Part shown: piece after piece, positions 13,243 to 26,512 of the stretch
How positions within the stretch are numbered: the first letter of the stretch is position 1
Layout: each line of letters starts with the position of its first letter
Origin: Octopus sinensis
Taxonomy: Eukaryota
NCBI RefSeq assembly: GCF_006345805.1
Contig: NC_043006.1
Span: forward strand, 27,838,001-27,902,000
Length of the DNA stretch: 64,000 nt
Direction: 5' to 3'
The notes under the pieces: generated by a model
The model's database searches: none
Told to the model about the DNA's origin: nothing
The model's input: only the letters and a program-made list of their open reading frames with translations
Translations under genes and position numbers: made by a program

Positions 13243-13447
13243 TCAGCTTGCATTACCCCCCCTTGTCACTGCAATCACCAACTCTTCAACTCTCGTCGCC
13301 AATTACTTTCTCTTTTATAAAAGGATAACAACAATAGAAAAATATATTTATGTTATGTCTGTATATATTTTTAACTTTCGTGATGAAAGAAATATTTTAA
13401 TACAGCAAATCAGAGCTGTCGAGGTAGGCGTGATTGCAATACCGTAG

Positions 13448-13590
13448 ATGCCATCGTCGTCATCACTGGCAGTAGTAGTTGTTAGCGTCGTTATCGTCAT
13501 CGTTAGCCTCATCATCTTCATCATTATCATCATCAGCAGCAGCATAATTGTTATTATCATCATTACTGTCATCGTAGTTATCGTCGGTGA
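13448..13590. repeat. (CAT/CGT/CAG)n trinucleotide repeat upstream of the ABI start
   Basis: Direct reading. Confidence 0.85.
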
Positions 13591-13624
13591 AGGTAAAGAA
13601 CGTGTGCACTATCCATTTCCAGGG

Positions 13625-14345
13625 GTTTTTTTCTCAAAAATTTTTTGGAATGTCTGTTTTGGATATAGGAGAATACGATTTTGACCAAAATTCACGTTTT
13701 CAAAATTTTTATTTCCTCCACCCAAATTGATTTTAAAAACTTTTTCGAATGTTTTTTTTTTAAATTCACGTAGAAAAATACAGATTACGAATCTAGGGAA
13801 TTTTTTTTTTTTTTTTTGCTTTTAATTTTACTTTAAGAAAAACTCACTGTCCCTTTCTCCACCTCACCCACCCATCACCTCCCCGCTTTCAAAGAACTAT
13901 TAACTCAGAATGTTTTGTTTTCGTCTGATGTTTCATGCGTTGTAGAATCCTACTGAAATAGCAGACGTAAAAAATATCAGAGCACCATCAGAAAACCCAA
14001 CATGCTAAAAACAACAGGTGAACGCCATTGTTTCTGGAAAAACTTCCCTGCTTCCTAAAAAGCTAAAAGTGAAACATTCAGAGTCTTTAGCTTTTTGAAA
14101 GTGGGGAGGTTGGGGAAGGGGATTTGAGTGTTTCTTTAAAAAGAATATTTTTTAAAATTCTTAAAGATTCGTAATCTCTGCATTTTTGTACGTAGACTAC
14201 AATAAAAAAATTCAAAAAAAGTTTAAAATTTTAAAAATGGTGTGGGGAGAGGGAAATAAAAATTTTGAAAACGTGTTTCTGAGGCAACATCCTAATCTCT
14301 TATATTGAAAATATAGAAATTCGAAAAAATTTTTGGAAAAAAAAA
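13625..14345. mobile_element. Degenerate foldback/MITE with imperfect arms of about 270 bp
   Basis: Arm matches include CACGTTTTCAAAATTTTTATTTCC / GGAAATAAAAATTTTGAAAACGTG, GATTACGAATCT / AGATTCGTAATC and CCTCCCCGCTTTCAAA / TTTGAAAGTGGGGAGG. Confidence 0.6.
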
Positions 14346-14664
14346 GTGGCAGTGAGGGCGCAAATTATCCAATAATTTTTTTTAATATTCCCCCTAGTTC
14401 TAAAACTTGGGGTAAATTTACCAAACTTTCCACTGTTTTTTTAATTTTTATTTTTGGTGGGGTGGAGATAAAATAGGGACACTGATTCTGCCATTCATTT
14501 CTCTTTATAATTTCCAAATAATTTTTTAAATACTTCAAAATCAAAATTGTTGCGGGTTTGTGTAAGAGAAAATCATTTACTAACAGAAAATTATATTATT
14601 AAAGTAAATTGGAAAAAGTAAAGAATATGCACACCTGGTGTTTAGGGCTTAGAGTTTAGGGTTA

Positions 14665-16935
14665 GCCTCAAGCCTAAAGTCATTAATGACTAGCCTATGC
14701 TGAGGGGTACATTCTTCACCCGGGAGGGTCTTTGTATTTAAGAGCAACCAATGTTTCTGAAAAGAAAGAGGCTTGGAGAAGCCATTATGAAAGACTGCTG
14801 AATGTGGAGAATGAATGGGAGGAGGAGAGCCTTCCAAATGTTGATCCAGTTGAGGGACCAGCTATCCCAATAGACAGCTCCCTAGTAGATAAAGCAATTA
14901 AGGGTATGAAGCCAGGAAAAGCCCCCAGCCCATCAGGTATCAATGCTGAGATGCTTAAATCATCTGGTGGTGTGGGCTATGGCCTAGTCACCCACATTGT
15001 AAACCAGGTAGTTCATAATGGTGTCATACCCAATGACTGGCGTAGCAGCACCATAGTCAACTGCTACAAGGGTAAAGGTGATGCTCTAGATAGAAATAAC
15101 TACAGGGGTATTAAACTGCTGGATCAGGTGATGACGGTCACGGAGAGAGTCATAGCCCATCTCATTAGGGAGAGAGCCTGCTTAGATGAGATGCAGTTTG
15201 GTTTTGTTCCGGGTAGAAGCACCACTGATGCCATATTCCTGGTTTGACAACTGCAGGAGAAATACCTAGCTAAAGATAAACCCCTCTACTTAACTTTTGT
15301 GGACTTAGAGAAAGCCTTTGACAGGGTCCCCCAATCCCTTATCTGGTGGGTGATGCGGAAACTGGAGATTGACACATGGTTAACAAGGGCTGTACAGGCC
15401 CTATACAGAGAGGCCATTAGTAAGGTTAGGTTTGGCAATGAGTATAGTGAAGAATTCCTGGTAGAAGTAGGGGTCCAACAAGGTTCAGCCCTCAGTCCCC
15501 TTTTATTCATCATAGTCCTCCAGGCAATAATAGAGTAATTGAAGACGGGCTGCCCCTGGGAGCTCCTCTATGCTGATGACCTGTCCCTCATAGAAGAATC
15601 ACTACAAGAACTAGACAAAAAAATTTGGTGGGTGGAAGCTAGGTTTAGAATCAAAAGGCCTTAGAGTCAATGTAGCAAAGACCGAAGTTCTAGTAAGTAG
15701 GAAGGTGAACTCATCACACACACCCTCAGGCAGGTGGCCCTGCTTGACCTGTAGAAAAGATGTAGATAGAAACTTCATAAGATGTACCCAGTGTAAGCTA
15801 TGGATGCATAAGAGATGCAACAACTTCAAAGGAAAGTTAACTGAGAAGATAGATTTTGTGTGCAGCAGATGCACAGGGGCAGTAGACACCATTGATACTC
15901 AGAAAACAGATTCCATCACACTCCAAGGGAAGAAACTAAAAGTAGTTGATAGTTTCCACTACCTAGATAACCAAGTTAGTAGTGGAGGTGGATGCTCAGA
16001 GAGTGTCACCACTAGAATACGAATAGCCTGGGCAAAGTTTAGAAAGCTCCTACCCCTACTGGTGACAAAGGGCCTCTCACTCAGAGTGAAAGGTAGATTG
16101 TATGATGCATGTGTGCAAACTGCCATGTTTCACGGTAATGAAACATGGACTGTGACTGCGGAGGATATGCGTAGGCTTGAAAGAAATGAAGCTAGCATGA
16201 TTCGCTGGATGTGTAATGTCAGTGTACACACACGACATCGTGTAAGTGCCCTGAGAGAAATGCTGGACATAAGAAGCATTGGATGTGGCGTGCAAGAGAG
16301 ACGTCTGCGCTGGTATGGTCATGTACTACGGACAGATGAAGAGAGATGTGTGAAGAAGTGCCACTCCCAAACAGTTGAAGGAATCCAGGGTAGAGGTAGA
16401 CCCAGGAAGACATGGGATGAGGTGGTCAAGCATGACCTTCGAACGTTGGGCCTCACAGAGGCAATGACGAAAAACCGAGACCTCTGGAGATATGCTGTGA
16501 CTGCAAAGACCCAACAAATGAAGTGAGTTCATGGCTGTTTCCTGCACCAGCTTCACATAGCAGCCCCAGCCCATCCAATGTACCTTGGATCGTAGGACAA
16601 CTTGCTGTGCTTGAGGAGACCTATTGAGTCAAGTACATCAACATCAAAATAAAAATCAAATGGAAATTGTAGTTGTGACACCTGTGCTGGTGGCACCTAT
16701 AAAGCATCATCCGAATGTGGCTGATGTCAGCGCCACCTTGACTGGCTTCCGTGCTGGTGGCATGTAAAAAGCACCAACTATATTCACAGTGTGGTTGGTG
16801 TTAGGAAGTGCATCCTGCTGTAGAAACACTGCCAGATCAGACTGGAGCCTAAGGCAGCCTCCTGGCTTCCCAGACTCCGGTTGAACCATCCAACCTATGC
16901 TAGCATGGAAAATGGATGTTAAACAATGATGATGA
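14665..16935 (+). mobile_element. RTE-clade LINE (RT with in-frame stops) with an inverted endonuclease fragment at its 5' end
   Basis: YKGKGDALDRNNYRGIKLL, QFGFVPGRSTTDAIF, DLEKAFDRVP, GVQQGSALSPLLF, YADD (15568-15579), PHD-like Cys/His cluster, WYGHV and a (GAT)n tail. Segment 14665-14760 reads EECTPQHRLVINDF on the - strand. Confidence 0.92.
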
Positions 16936-17044
16936 TTATGTTATACATACATATCATTTGTAAAAAAACATAAATCTGGAGAAGAAGCACACTCTAAGAT
17001 GTAGAGCAGTTGATATTATAACTGGCCTCCCCATTATAATATTG

Positions 17045-17075
<31 letters not shown>

Positions 17076-17084
17076 ATATATATA

Positions 17085-17913
17085 AATGTGTAATGCTGTC
17101 TGTCTGTCTGTGTATTTGGGGTTACTCTAATTCCTCCCACGCTGTCCAACCGATTTTAATGATTTTTGGCACATAGGTAGATCACATGCCTTAAAGTTTG
17201 AATAAAGCTGGAATTTTTGGAAAACTCAATAATGCCCAGTTGGCATCAATTTTTGTGAGCTCAATCAAGCATTTGAATGGAAATTCCCATAACAATGTTA
17301 TTTTTCCTGCAGCTGTTACAGTTTTGTCCGATTTTGATGAAAATTGATGAGTGAGCAAGGTTTGTGGCAGTGAGTTGATGTTAGTATATGGCATTGACAA
17401 AAAATTGATAATTGCACCTGAGCAGTGGTTTTATAAAATAATAGGCCTTTGTGTGCAAATACCCATAGGGATTTTATTTTTTGGGGCTGTAACTTTTTTT
17501 TCATCCAATTTTAATGAAATTCGAGATTTAGGTAAGCTTTGTTGTAGGGGATACGGTAAAGGTTTTAATTTAATTCCAGAGGAATCAGAAGAGCACAAGC
17601 ACGTATCAGCTTTTTTCAGAGACTATTCTATCAATTTTTAAGGTATGTTACATGTCATTACAGTTCATGTCCATAAGTTGAATGCGGAATGTAGAGTTGA
17701 CAAAAAATCGATGTTGACAAAAAAAATAGATATTTTGTGTGGAATTGAACTACACTCCAATCAACCTGGGAATTATCAGGTACCTCTTCTAAAGTACTTC
17801 GAACATGATTTCATCCATAGGATTCAGAAAGAAATTTCATCAAGCAACAGTTACAATGGCATAGGCTTATCCTAAACACAGAAAACCCGAGCAACGCTGG
17901 GTACAACAGCTAG
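17085..17913 (+). mobile_element. Non-autonomous Helitron-like element
   Basis: (GTCT)n near the 5' end after (TA)n; the 3' end ACCCGAGCAACGCTGGGTACAACAG-CTAG|T resembles the 6781-7148 terminus. Confidence 0.6.
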
Positions 17914-17962
17914 TATATATACATTATATATATATATATATATACATTATATATATATACAT

Positions 17963-18000
<38 letters not shown>

Positions 18001-18844
18001 ACAGTTCAATTTTTAAAATATAAATTCTTTTCTTCTTTTGTGTGTATGGCCAGGATGACAAGCTCAAACATTCCTTAATGTATGTTGAAAAGTAGGTCAC
18101 ATTGTTAAGGAACAGTATCCTGATGTGAAATATTTGTAGCAGAATGGATTGACAAAAGCATAAATGACAAACTATTTGCTCTCCTTTTTATTTATAGTTG
18201 TCGTTTGGATGTAGCAGATAACACTTAGCTATAAAGATCATGTTTTAACCATTTGCTCTAATTGGTTAGTTTTTAGGCACAATTTTGGATAAAGTTTTCA
18301 GAAATAACCCAATAGGTTTATCATTAATTCCATGAAATATTCATGGGTCCTGCTAGTAATATTCTATATTACAACTTTAGCATGGTCAAAATGACATCAC
18401 AATATCTGAGCTTCCTCTTTTGATGAAAAAACACTCAGCTCTAAATTTGAAATAACATTTTTTACTCAAGTCTTACACTGATCATATTACTTATAAGTTA
18501 CTATCATACTATCTGAGTGTTGAAATTAATCTTTTATTCATCACAGTGGGGTTTTTTTTCTGTAGCCTTGTGCTAAACTTCTTGTTAGCTAGATTAAAAA
18601 AAGAGTGGTAGTTATATAGCATCCAGGTAACCTCTGACAAAATCATGTCTTATCATAATATGAATACACAATTCTATTTGGGTTGTAAATTAATGTGACA
18701 GCTCTATATCTATTCCCTTCTTGTTTAACCTATAATCAAATTGTTTTTGCCAGTTTCTGTTAGAAACATTTAACAACTGATTCCAATGGGGTTCTAACAA
18801 TTCCTCATGGTTTCTGCCTTTAACAAATTGTACATTATTGAAAA

Positions 18845-19499
18845 ACTTTCTTGTTAAATACTAAGTTGATTTATCTCAAATATATTCCTGACAATACAGA
18901 TTAATTAGAAATGATTGCCTCTCTTCACACCCCGTTTCTTTCCCCATTCTGTTTCATTGAAATACAAATTTACTACATTCCTATGTTCCCTTCTAGATAG
19001 ATTTGAGGAAAATAAAAGATATCCTCAGTTTTAGCACAGCTTTGATTTTGAGTTTGGCATGAAGATGAACTTCAATCTTGAATTGGATATTTTTGTTTAC
19101 TTTGCAACATGTCCAAATGGAAGTCTGTGTGAACCTTTCTCTTTTTAGTCATTTTGTATCTTTTCAATTTATATTTTTACATTAATACATTCCACACTAC
19201 TCTCTGTACTTACTTACATTCCTTTATTTATTAAATATTAAATGTTATGATTTATACTTGTGCATAGTTTTCTTTCTTTTACAGATTTTACATTGTATGT
19301 GTGTCAGAGAAAACAAATGAAAGTGCTGAATGACCAATATTTTTTATATAAGAATTATAGTACAATGGGTGTCACAGGACTCATCTCCTTTGTTAAATCA
19401 CAGCAATATTTTGTTAACAATTATAGGTTGCATGATTGCAAGATAATTATTGATGCTAACTATTTGTATAATTTTATATACAGGGATACTTTGGCTTAA
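18845..19499 (+). pseudogene. Truncated inverted duplicate of the ASTE1 5' region (upstream block, splice acceptor, first 39 codons)
   Basis: ATG at 19365 gives MGVTGLISFVKSQQYFVNNYRLHDCKIIIDANYLYNFIY, 31/39 identical to the ORF 34096-36213 N-terminus, then a stop at 19499. Segment 18845-19245 matches the reverse complement of about 37160-37535. Confidence 0.9.
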
Positions 19500-19909
19500 G
19501 TCACAATGACTGAAGTCATTCTCGAAGATACATTGGTTTTGAAAAATAATATATGGAAAAATAAAACTCAAGTTAAGTCATTTTACTCGACCTTACGTCA
19601 GTCCATCTATAATATTGGAATCATAAAAACACTAAGAAACATTAAAGGCACATAAAATCATGTTACAATAAATAAGAATAAAAGCATATGAAATCATTTT
19701 AAAATACACACCATAAAGTAGTGTAGCCTAGTTCAGTTGTGTTGTTTTATTTATCTATCTTTCGGAGCTCGTATTGAACTGATAGTTCCAATATCTACCA
19801 TTAGGCAGCAGCGTGATTACTGCAATTGTTTTGAATTCAGATTTGTTTACATCTATTTATCTTTTAGATTCTCTCATTTACATTCATTTGTAACTTTAAT
19901 TTTAGCCCC

Positions 19910-20138
19910 CATGCCTCCTAAAAAATGTCCTGGTGAAAGTGTTAAGTATCATGCTATAATGTTGGCGATGATAAAGCATCATGATAAAGATGAAAAAGTT
20001 GTGATTGCATCATCTTTTGGAGTGAGTTTGACAACTGTGTCAACGATTATGCATAATAAGGCGAAGATTTTAACACATATCACATCTTTATTGAAGAATA
20101 TGACAGAGTTGGCTGTAACTATAAAAAGAAAAAATTAA
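19910..20138 (+). mobile_element. Tigger/pogo transposase N-terminal HTH remnant
   Basis: MPPKKCPGES..MLAMIKHHDKDEKVVIASSFGVSLTTVSTIMHNKAKIL resembles the CENP-B/psq-type HTH of Tigger transposases. Confidence 0.65.
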
Positions 20139-21401
20139 TCCAGTTATTACCATTCCAGACTTTATGTCTCTCCCATCACTGAGGGACATTTCATCAGCCA
20201 CTCTTGATATTAAATGCCACATTATCTTGCTTTCCTCCTTTAATTAATATATTAGAGAGGAAGAAATAAAATTTACATCTATTTAATTCCTAAATACTAC
20301 TGTCATCATCCTAAAAACAGCAATTCTTCCACACAATATAGACAACATAAAAAACATATGCATACAAAAACAGCAAGAGTATCAATAACAAGATTAACCC
20401 AAAATATTGTGCTGAGATGAGTTCAACTGATCAGTAACTTAATTATAAGTAACTACTTAACATAGATGTCTTGTTAGAACACCAAATACTGCATTGTTAA
20501 CCCTGTGAGATCTTCTCATATAAGTGCTTGGTGCATAAGAGCACACACATAAATCATAGCAGGTGAGAATTGTCTTTTATAGACTCCCGAACTCCCTTAT
20601 CAAATGGTTGCAATTTATGGGACCTCCTCAGTGGGAAGTGTCTGGTGACTGCATACAAGTCAAATCTTCCACAACATATACAATATCAGCATCTATTCAG
20701 ATGTTGATGTCACTAATAGCCTGCAGACTTATTAAAAATTAATTATTAGTGACAGTAGCAATATTAGCACCAAAACGCAATTTTTATCAACATACTCAGT
20801 TCACTTTAATGTAGGTACATGAACTGCATCTCTTTACTGGGTTTCATTGCCCTGCTGAGTTTTCTGAAGTTTTGAATTCCTTCATTGCTTTTTGACGTTT
20901 GACGGACAGGATCGAGGTCTTTATCTTGTTCACAGGTTCCCAATCTGGAGTGCATGTGCATTATTTGGAAATAAATTTAGCTTATCTGTACTGTTAAAAA
21001 AAGAGATTTCAGACTTAAAAGTTACCCATTTTTTCAACAGTAGGCTTTAGGCTTCAAAGAAATTGTCTCCAAATTTGAAGAAAATCCTTGATACTTGTCA
21101 GATGATCACTAACTGGATCATGTTTTGAACAATTGCATCTTTAAATCAGTTTTTTTTTAAATCTAGGAAGTGAGCAGTTTTGTTTTTTCTGCACTGAACC
21201 CCATTGGTTGTCACAAAGAAATATTCTAACTCCCCTCTTTGTAGCACAGGGGGAAATTAAAGTTTTTCTGGAAGAGTATGAATGTGATCAGGTTGGGGTA
21301 TTTTAATCACAGGAATTCACCTAAATATAGTCTTACATAGCTGATATTATCACTCATATTAATATCCTGAAGAAATGTCTTTAGGGAAAAGGGATAAATA
21401 T

Positions 21402-22772
21402 TTTTATATCCTTGATTGCAGATATATGATTTTAACAAAGTGGAGGTAAAGCAACGTATTCACAGATGTAACTTCTGACTACCAACACGTGACTCCAATG
21501 CCTTCTTTTTCTCATTTTCTCAACATGACATGTTACTCTTTATAAGAGTTCAGTGAGTCCACCTTTTGATCACACAGGAGTTAATGTCTATCACTATAAC
21601 ATCTTCCCTTTTGAGTTTGACTTCTGTTGGAAGTGAATAAATTTTTTTTCTTTTGCACACCACATCTCCCTTTTTGAGACTTACTTTCCTCGAAAGCTTA
21701 AATCTTTTTCATTTTAGAACTACCTCCAACAATTCCACATGTTTCCTTTATCTTATACTGGTACGCCTTGATTCGACAATTCCTTGTGGAGTCAGCAAAT
21801 CAAAAATATTGTAGAGAACTTCCATGGTTACTCCTTTCCTTGTAACTCTTTCTTCAGCAAACCTTCTTTTCAGCTGATTTATGTGTCTTTTATGTTCCCA
21901 TTTTGAATCTTTCACCATGTACAAAATTTTACCAATCTGTTTTATTATTTTGCCATCTTCCCAACCTTCTTTTCCATTTCTGTACACTCTGAAAAACACC
22001 TTATCACCAGTTTTTAAATACTTGGTCATATTTTTAGTGTTTTCCCTGGTTTTTATTTTTCTTCTAGGTAATAATTTGTCAAAATCTTTGTCTTTATTTT
22101 TACCTAATTTAAACACTACCAGTAAGTACTGAACAGAAAACTTCTTTCAGTAAAATTTTTCAATAAAATGGTGTTTCATCGAAACAAATCTCACCTGGTT
22201 TCTTTGGCAGAATATAATTACAATATATTTCGTGTTTGGCAGGGGTTAACTTGCCTAAAAGTAGTCACACTTTTTTCTCGTTAGTCCAATTGCTACATTC
22301 TTCTTTGAAGATTTCTTCATATCTTTGCAAATATGCAGAGAAAGTAATATCTTCTGGATTACAAACAAACTCTCCAATCCAGCATGAACAACTTTCAGAT
22401 TTCTTCAACATGAATTCCAGTAACTGTTGCTGTTGTTGTTGTGGTTGCTGATGCAGCTATTATTGTAACAGAATCATGCAGGCCAGTAAATCCTCCATGT
22501 CAAAGAATTTTTTCTTCGGTTTAGCACAAAAAAATTTGACCATCCAATACAAGCTTCGAATATCTTGTCACCACTTTTATATCCTTGATTGCGGATATAT
22601 GATTTTAACAAAGTGATGGTAAAGTAATATATTCACAGACATAACTTCCAACTACCAGCATGCGAGACTCCAATGTCTTCTTTCTTTCTTCATGAGACAT
22701 GTTACTCTTTATAAGAGTTCGGTGAGTCCACTCTTTAATCGCACAGGTGTTTTAATGTCTATCACCACAACA
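21402..22772 (-). mobile_element. Internally deleted Ty3/Gypsy LTR retrotransposon with both LTRs
   Basis: LTRs of about 200 bp at 21402-21601 and 22575-22772. PBS TGGTGACAAGA (22573-22563), PPT AAAAGGGAAGA next to the 3' LTR, flanks AATAT/ACTAT. Gag remnant (FSAYLQRYEEIF..NYILPKKP) and integrase-tail remnant (GDKVFFRVY..KRHINQLKRR). Confidence 0.85.
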
Positions 22773-22789
22773 ACTATATTGAAGGCTTA

Positions 22790-23330
22790 AGAAAAGTTAA
22801 ATGGCTTCAAAGAAAAGTTACCTGTTTGGTGCTGTAGGATAGAAAGAGGGAGTCAAGCTTCATTTCACATGAAGAGACAATTAATGGTGTTGGATCCACA
22901 TCTCTGAAATGTATGAAGCAATTGGCACTCATTTGAAAATGATGTCAAAACTGTTTGATGACTATTTTACTGCTGACACCCTGGAAATTTCAGAATAATT
23001 GGTTATGAACCCATATTTCTACAATCTGGAGAAATTTTCAGATAATGATGAACTGAAAGATCTTATTTACTTGCAAAAATATCAAGCTCTTGAATTGCAA
23101 TTTCAAAGTAAAGCTTTGAAGAAGTTTTGATGTTCAGCACTGGATATGCTCCCAAGACTTTTTGGTAAAGCACTCTGTGTCCTCATTCTATTTGTTATGA
23201 CAACTTGTATGAATTTGAATTCAATCCTCTCTTGCCAAGACAAGATTTAGGAATTGCCTGAATCCACAGCCCAACCAGCAAGAAAATTCCACTTCTCAAT
23301 GAAGTCATTAATGTGAAACAACCACAAAGA
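22790..23330 (+). mobile_element. hAT (ZBED5/FAM200-like) transposase C-terminal remnant
   Basis: Broken frames give LQFQSKAL..F*CSA..LPRL..KALCVLILF..KTRFRNCL. Confidence 0.5.
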
Positions 23331-23835
23331 GGTTCTTGAATTTTATTTTCACAATTGTGACTAATTGCATTATTTACATTTCTTTTCTTGCTAATCACAC
23401 AATTTACATTTGCATTTTATGCACTAAAGTGGAAGCTTATTTTTTGAGTTGCTTGTTCACCCATCTTCTGTATTTTATCATTTTTTTAAATGCTATTAGA
23501 AAATTATATCTTCAAATGTGATATTACTTTTGTGAGGAGTATCAAAGTTTTACAGAAGGTAAAGTTTTACAGAAGCTAAAAAGAAAGGGTAAAAACTCCA
23601 TTTTGGTCATGAATGGCCATGGAATTGCACCGAGAAAGTTCCCCTCCAAGGCACAAGTCCAGGCAAGATTATTTATGGAAGACTAGCAGTTGCCCATATA
23701 TACCACTCTCCATGCCACTGATGTTGTCCTAAGAAAAGGCAAAGGCTAATTCAGCTTAGCAACAGTGATGTCGCAATTCATTTCTACAGTTGAGTGAACT
23801 GGAGCAACATGAAATAAAACTCGTTACCTATTATA

Positions 23836-24240
23836 GGCGCAGGAGTGGCTGTGTGGTAAGTAGCTTGCTTACCAACCACATGGTTCCGGGTTCAGTCCTA
23901 CTGCGTGGCACCTTGGGCAAGTGTTTTCTACTATAGCCTCGGGCTGACCAAAGCCTTGTGAGTGGATTTAGTAGATGGAAACTGAAAGAAGCCCGTCATA
24001 TATATATATGTATATGTATGTATGTGTTTGTGTGTCTGTTTTTGTCCCCACAACATCGCTTTACAACCGATGCTGGTGTGTTTACGTACCTGTAACTTAG
24101 CGGTTCGGCAAAAATAGACCGATGTAATAAGTACTAGGCTTACAAAGAATAAGTCCTGGGGTCAATTTGCTCGACTAAAGGCAGTGCTCCAGCATGGCTA
24201 CAGTCAAATGACTGAAACAAGTAAAAGAATAAAAGAGTAT
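23836..24240 (+). mobile_element. tRNA-derived SINE
   Basis: Head GGCGCAGGAGTGGCTGTGTGGTAAG..GGTTCAGTCC (A/B-box-like), central (TA/TG)n, tail GACTGAAACAAGTAAAAGA. Several copies in the window. Confidence 0.85.
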
Positions 24241-24561
24241 TGATTGTGAGCCCAATAATCTCCACTGAGCCATGTGCCAGAGCAATAGAAAATATTGGGA
24301 ATCACTGGTCTCAGAGGAAAGTGTGTTTATTGTGTTCCTATCTTTATTTGTTTTTATTATAGAAAAATGTTTAATATGTGAATTTGATTGCCACTGCTAT
24401 GTGATTATCAAGTTGATATTGTGATGTGTGGTGGGCTGCTACTAATTACTTTATTAACTCATCGTACACTACACTATATTATTTTTAGATTATTTAGAAT
24501 GTGCTTTATAATAAGCATAGAAAACATCTTCTGTCCATTGACTGATAAGTAAATTATAGGT

Positions 24562-24894
24562 ATTCTTTTATTTGTTTCAGTCATTTGACTGTGGCTATGC
24601 TGGAGCACCACTTAGTACTTATACTATCAGTCTCTTTTAAACACACCAACATCGGTTGCCAAGCAATAGTGCGTGTGTGTGTGTGTGGGGGGGGCAAACA
24701 CAGATACACAAATACACACACACACACATGTATATATACAACAGGCTTTTTTCAGTTTCCATCTACCAAATCCACTCAGAAGGCTTTGGTCGGCCCAAGG
24801 CTATAGAAGACACTTGCCTAACGTGCCATGCAGTGGGACTGAACCCAGAACCATGTAGTTGGTAAGCAAGCTACTTACCATACAGCCACTCCTG
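24562..24894 (-). mobile_element. tRNA-derived SINE, internally deleted
   Basis: Reverse complement of the 23836-24240 family. Confidence 0.8.
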
Positions 24895-26139
24895 TGCCTG
24901 TGTGTATAAAGATTAGGACTTAGCTGAACTGGTCAGTCAAATTAGCATAACAAGTGTGTGCACTAATAAAGATTAATTAACTCTTTCACAGTGCATTCTT
25001 ATTCACCTAGAATAATCTAGCTTTGTTTTGCTATTTTTATCTCTTTGTTATTCCCAAGGAAAATAACAATGAGATTCACAAAAGTACTTAAGTGGATAGC
25101 AAAACCACAAACTCAAGAAAAAGCGATCTGACAACATTTCTAAATGTCAAAAAGCTATTAAACTACTTTGCAATTCTAAGTTTATCAACACCAACAGCTG
25201 ACAGAAACAAATCATAGTACACAGACAATGGTAGTTCTTTCTAGCAATTTTTAATCCACAGTTGACACTTTTGACACAATTGGTGAATGTAGGGGATTAA
25301 CTGCAGAGCATGAAAAGTCAAAGTAGAAACATGAACCAATTTAGTGACTTCAAAGAATGCACTGATGTCGCAAACTGGCACATAACAGTTGATGAAGATT
25401 TTATACAAAATTATTTAATGCAAGATATCAGTTTTATTAAAAAATAAAAAGGAACTGCTTGTGTTTTTAACTAATCTAGTAGGATTTTCAAGTAGCAAAA
25501 CAGATGTTTTTCAAGTATACATGGTGAAAAAAGATTGAAAAAAATTGCCAGAATGTGATGAGATCTTGGTTGGCTTACTTAAAGTAGCAATGGCTGTATG
25601 TACTGTTTTGTTTGCAAACTTTTTTTTAAAAGCTATGCGTCACTTATAACAGAATAATTTTCTGACTTAATCTCAGAACTGTATAAAATCATAGACACCT
25701 TGGAATATAGAAAGGTCATGTTATCTCAATGTGAATATGCTTAAACCAGGCGTTGGGTGTGGAAAAAGTATCTAGAGGTGTCCTAACATGACGTACTTTG
25801 GTCTTCTGGCAAGATTTCATGTGAAATTATGTGTTGGAACAGATATTGTTATGTGTGGTGATAGTCATCTTTTGCCAATTAAACACATGCACTATTTATC
25901 TTCACTTCAGCTTTATTTTTATTTAGTTTCTTTGTCAAAACTCTTCCAAATGGAATAAGCAGAACAAGAGGAAATACGTGGGATAAAGAGTCATTGAAGA
26001 GGTCACAGAATATGTGATGAAAGAGATTTGACACAAAGAAACTAAAATGATAATAATAATAAAGCTGAAGTGAAGAGCAAATTTATAGTGTGTGTGTTGA
26101 ATTGGCAAAATATGACCATCCCCAAGGATAACAATATCC

Positions 26140-26512
26140 TTTACTTGTTTCATTTAATTGTGGCCATGCTGGGGCACAGCCTTAAAGGGTTTTAGTCAAA
26201 CAAATCAACCCTAGGACTTATTTTTTTAAAGCCTAGAACTTATTCTACTGGTCTTTTTTGCCACACCACAAAGTTATAAAGATGTAAACACACCACCACC
26301 AGTTGTCAAATGGTGATTGGGGCAAATACACACATACACATATATATATACACACATATACATATGACAGGCTTCTTTCAGTTTCTGTCCACCAAATCCA
26401 CTCAGAAGGCTTTGGTTGGCCAGAGACTACAGTAAAAGACACTTGCCAACGCAGTGGGACTGAACCCAGAACCGTGTGGTTGAGAAGCAAGCTTCTTATC
26501 ACACAGCCATGC
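26140..26512 (-). mobile_element. tRNA-derived SINE, diverged
   Basis: Same family. Confidence 0.75.

Noticed and set aside
15568-15579. CTGATGA/CTGACGA matches here and at about 9542 and 42374
   Set aside because: These are the YADD/YTDD codons of RTE reverse transcriptase.
17351-17875. Two ORFs (96 and 76 aa) inside the Helitron-like element, considered as captured gene fragments
   Set aside because: No recognisable motif and non-ATG starts; cannot be supported.
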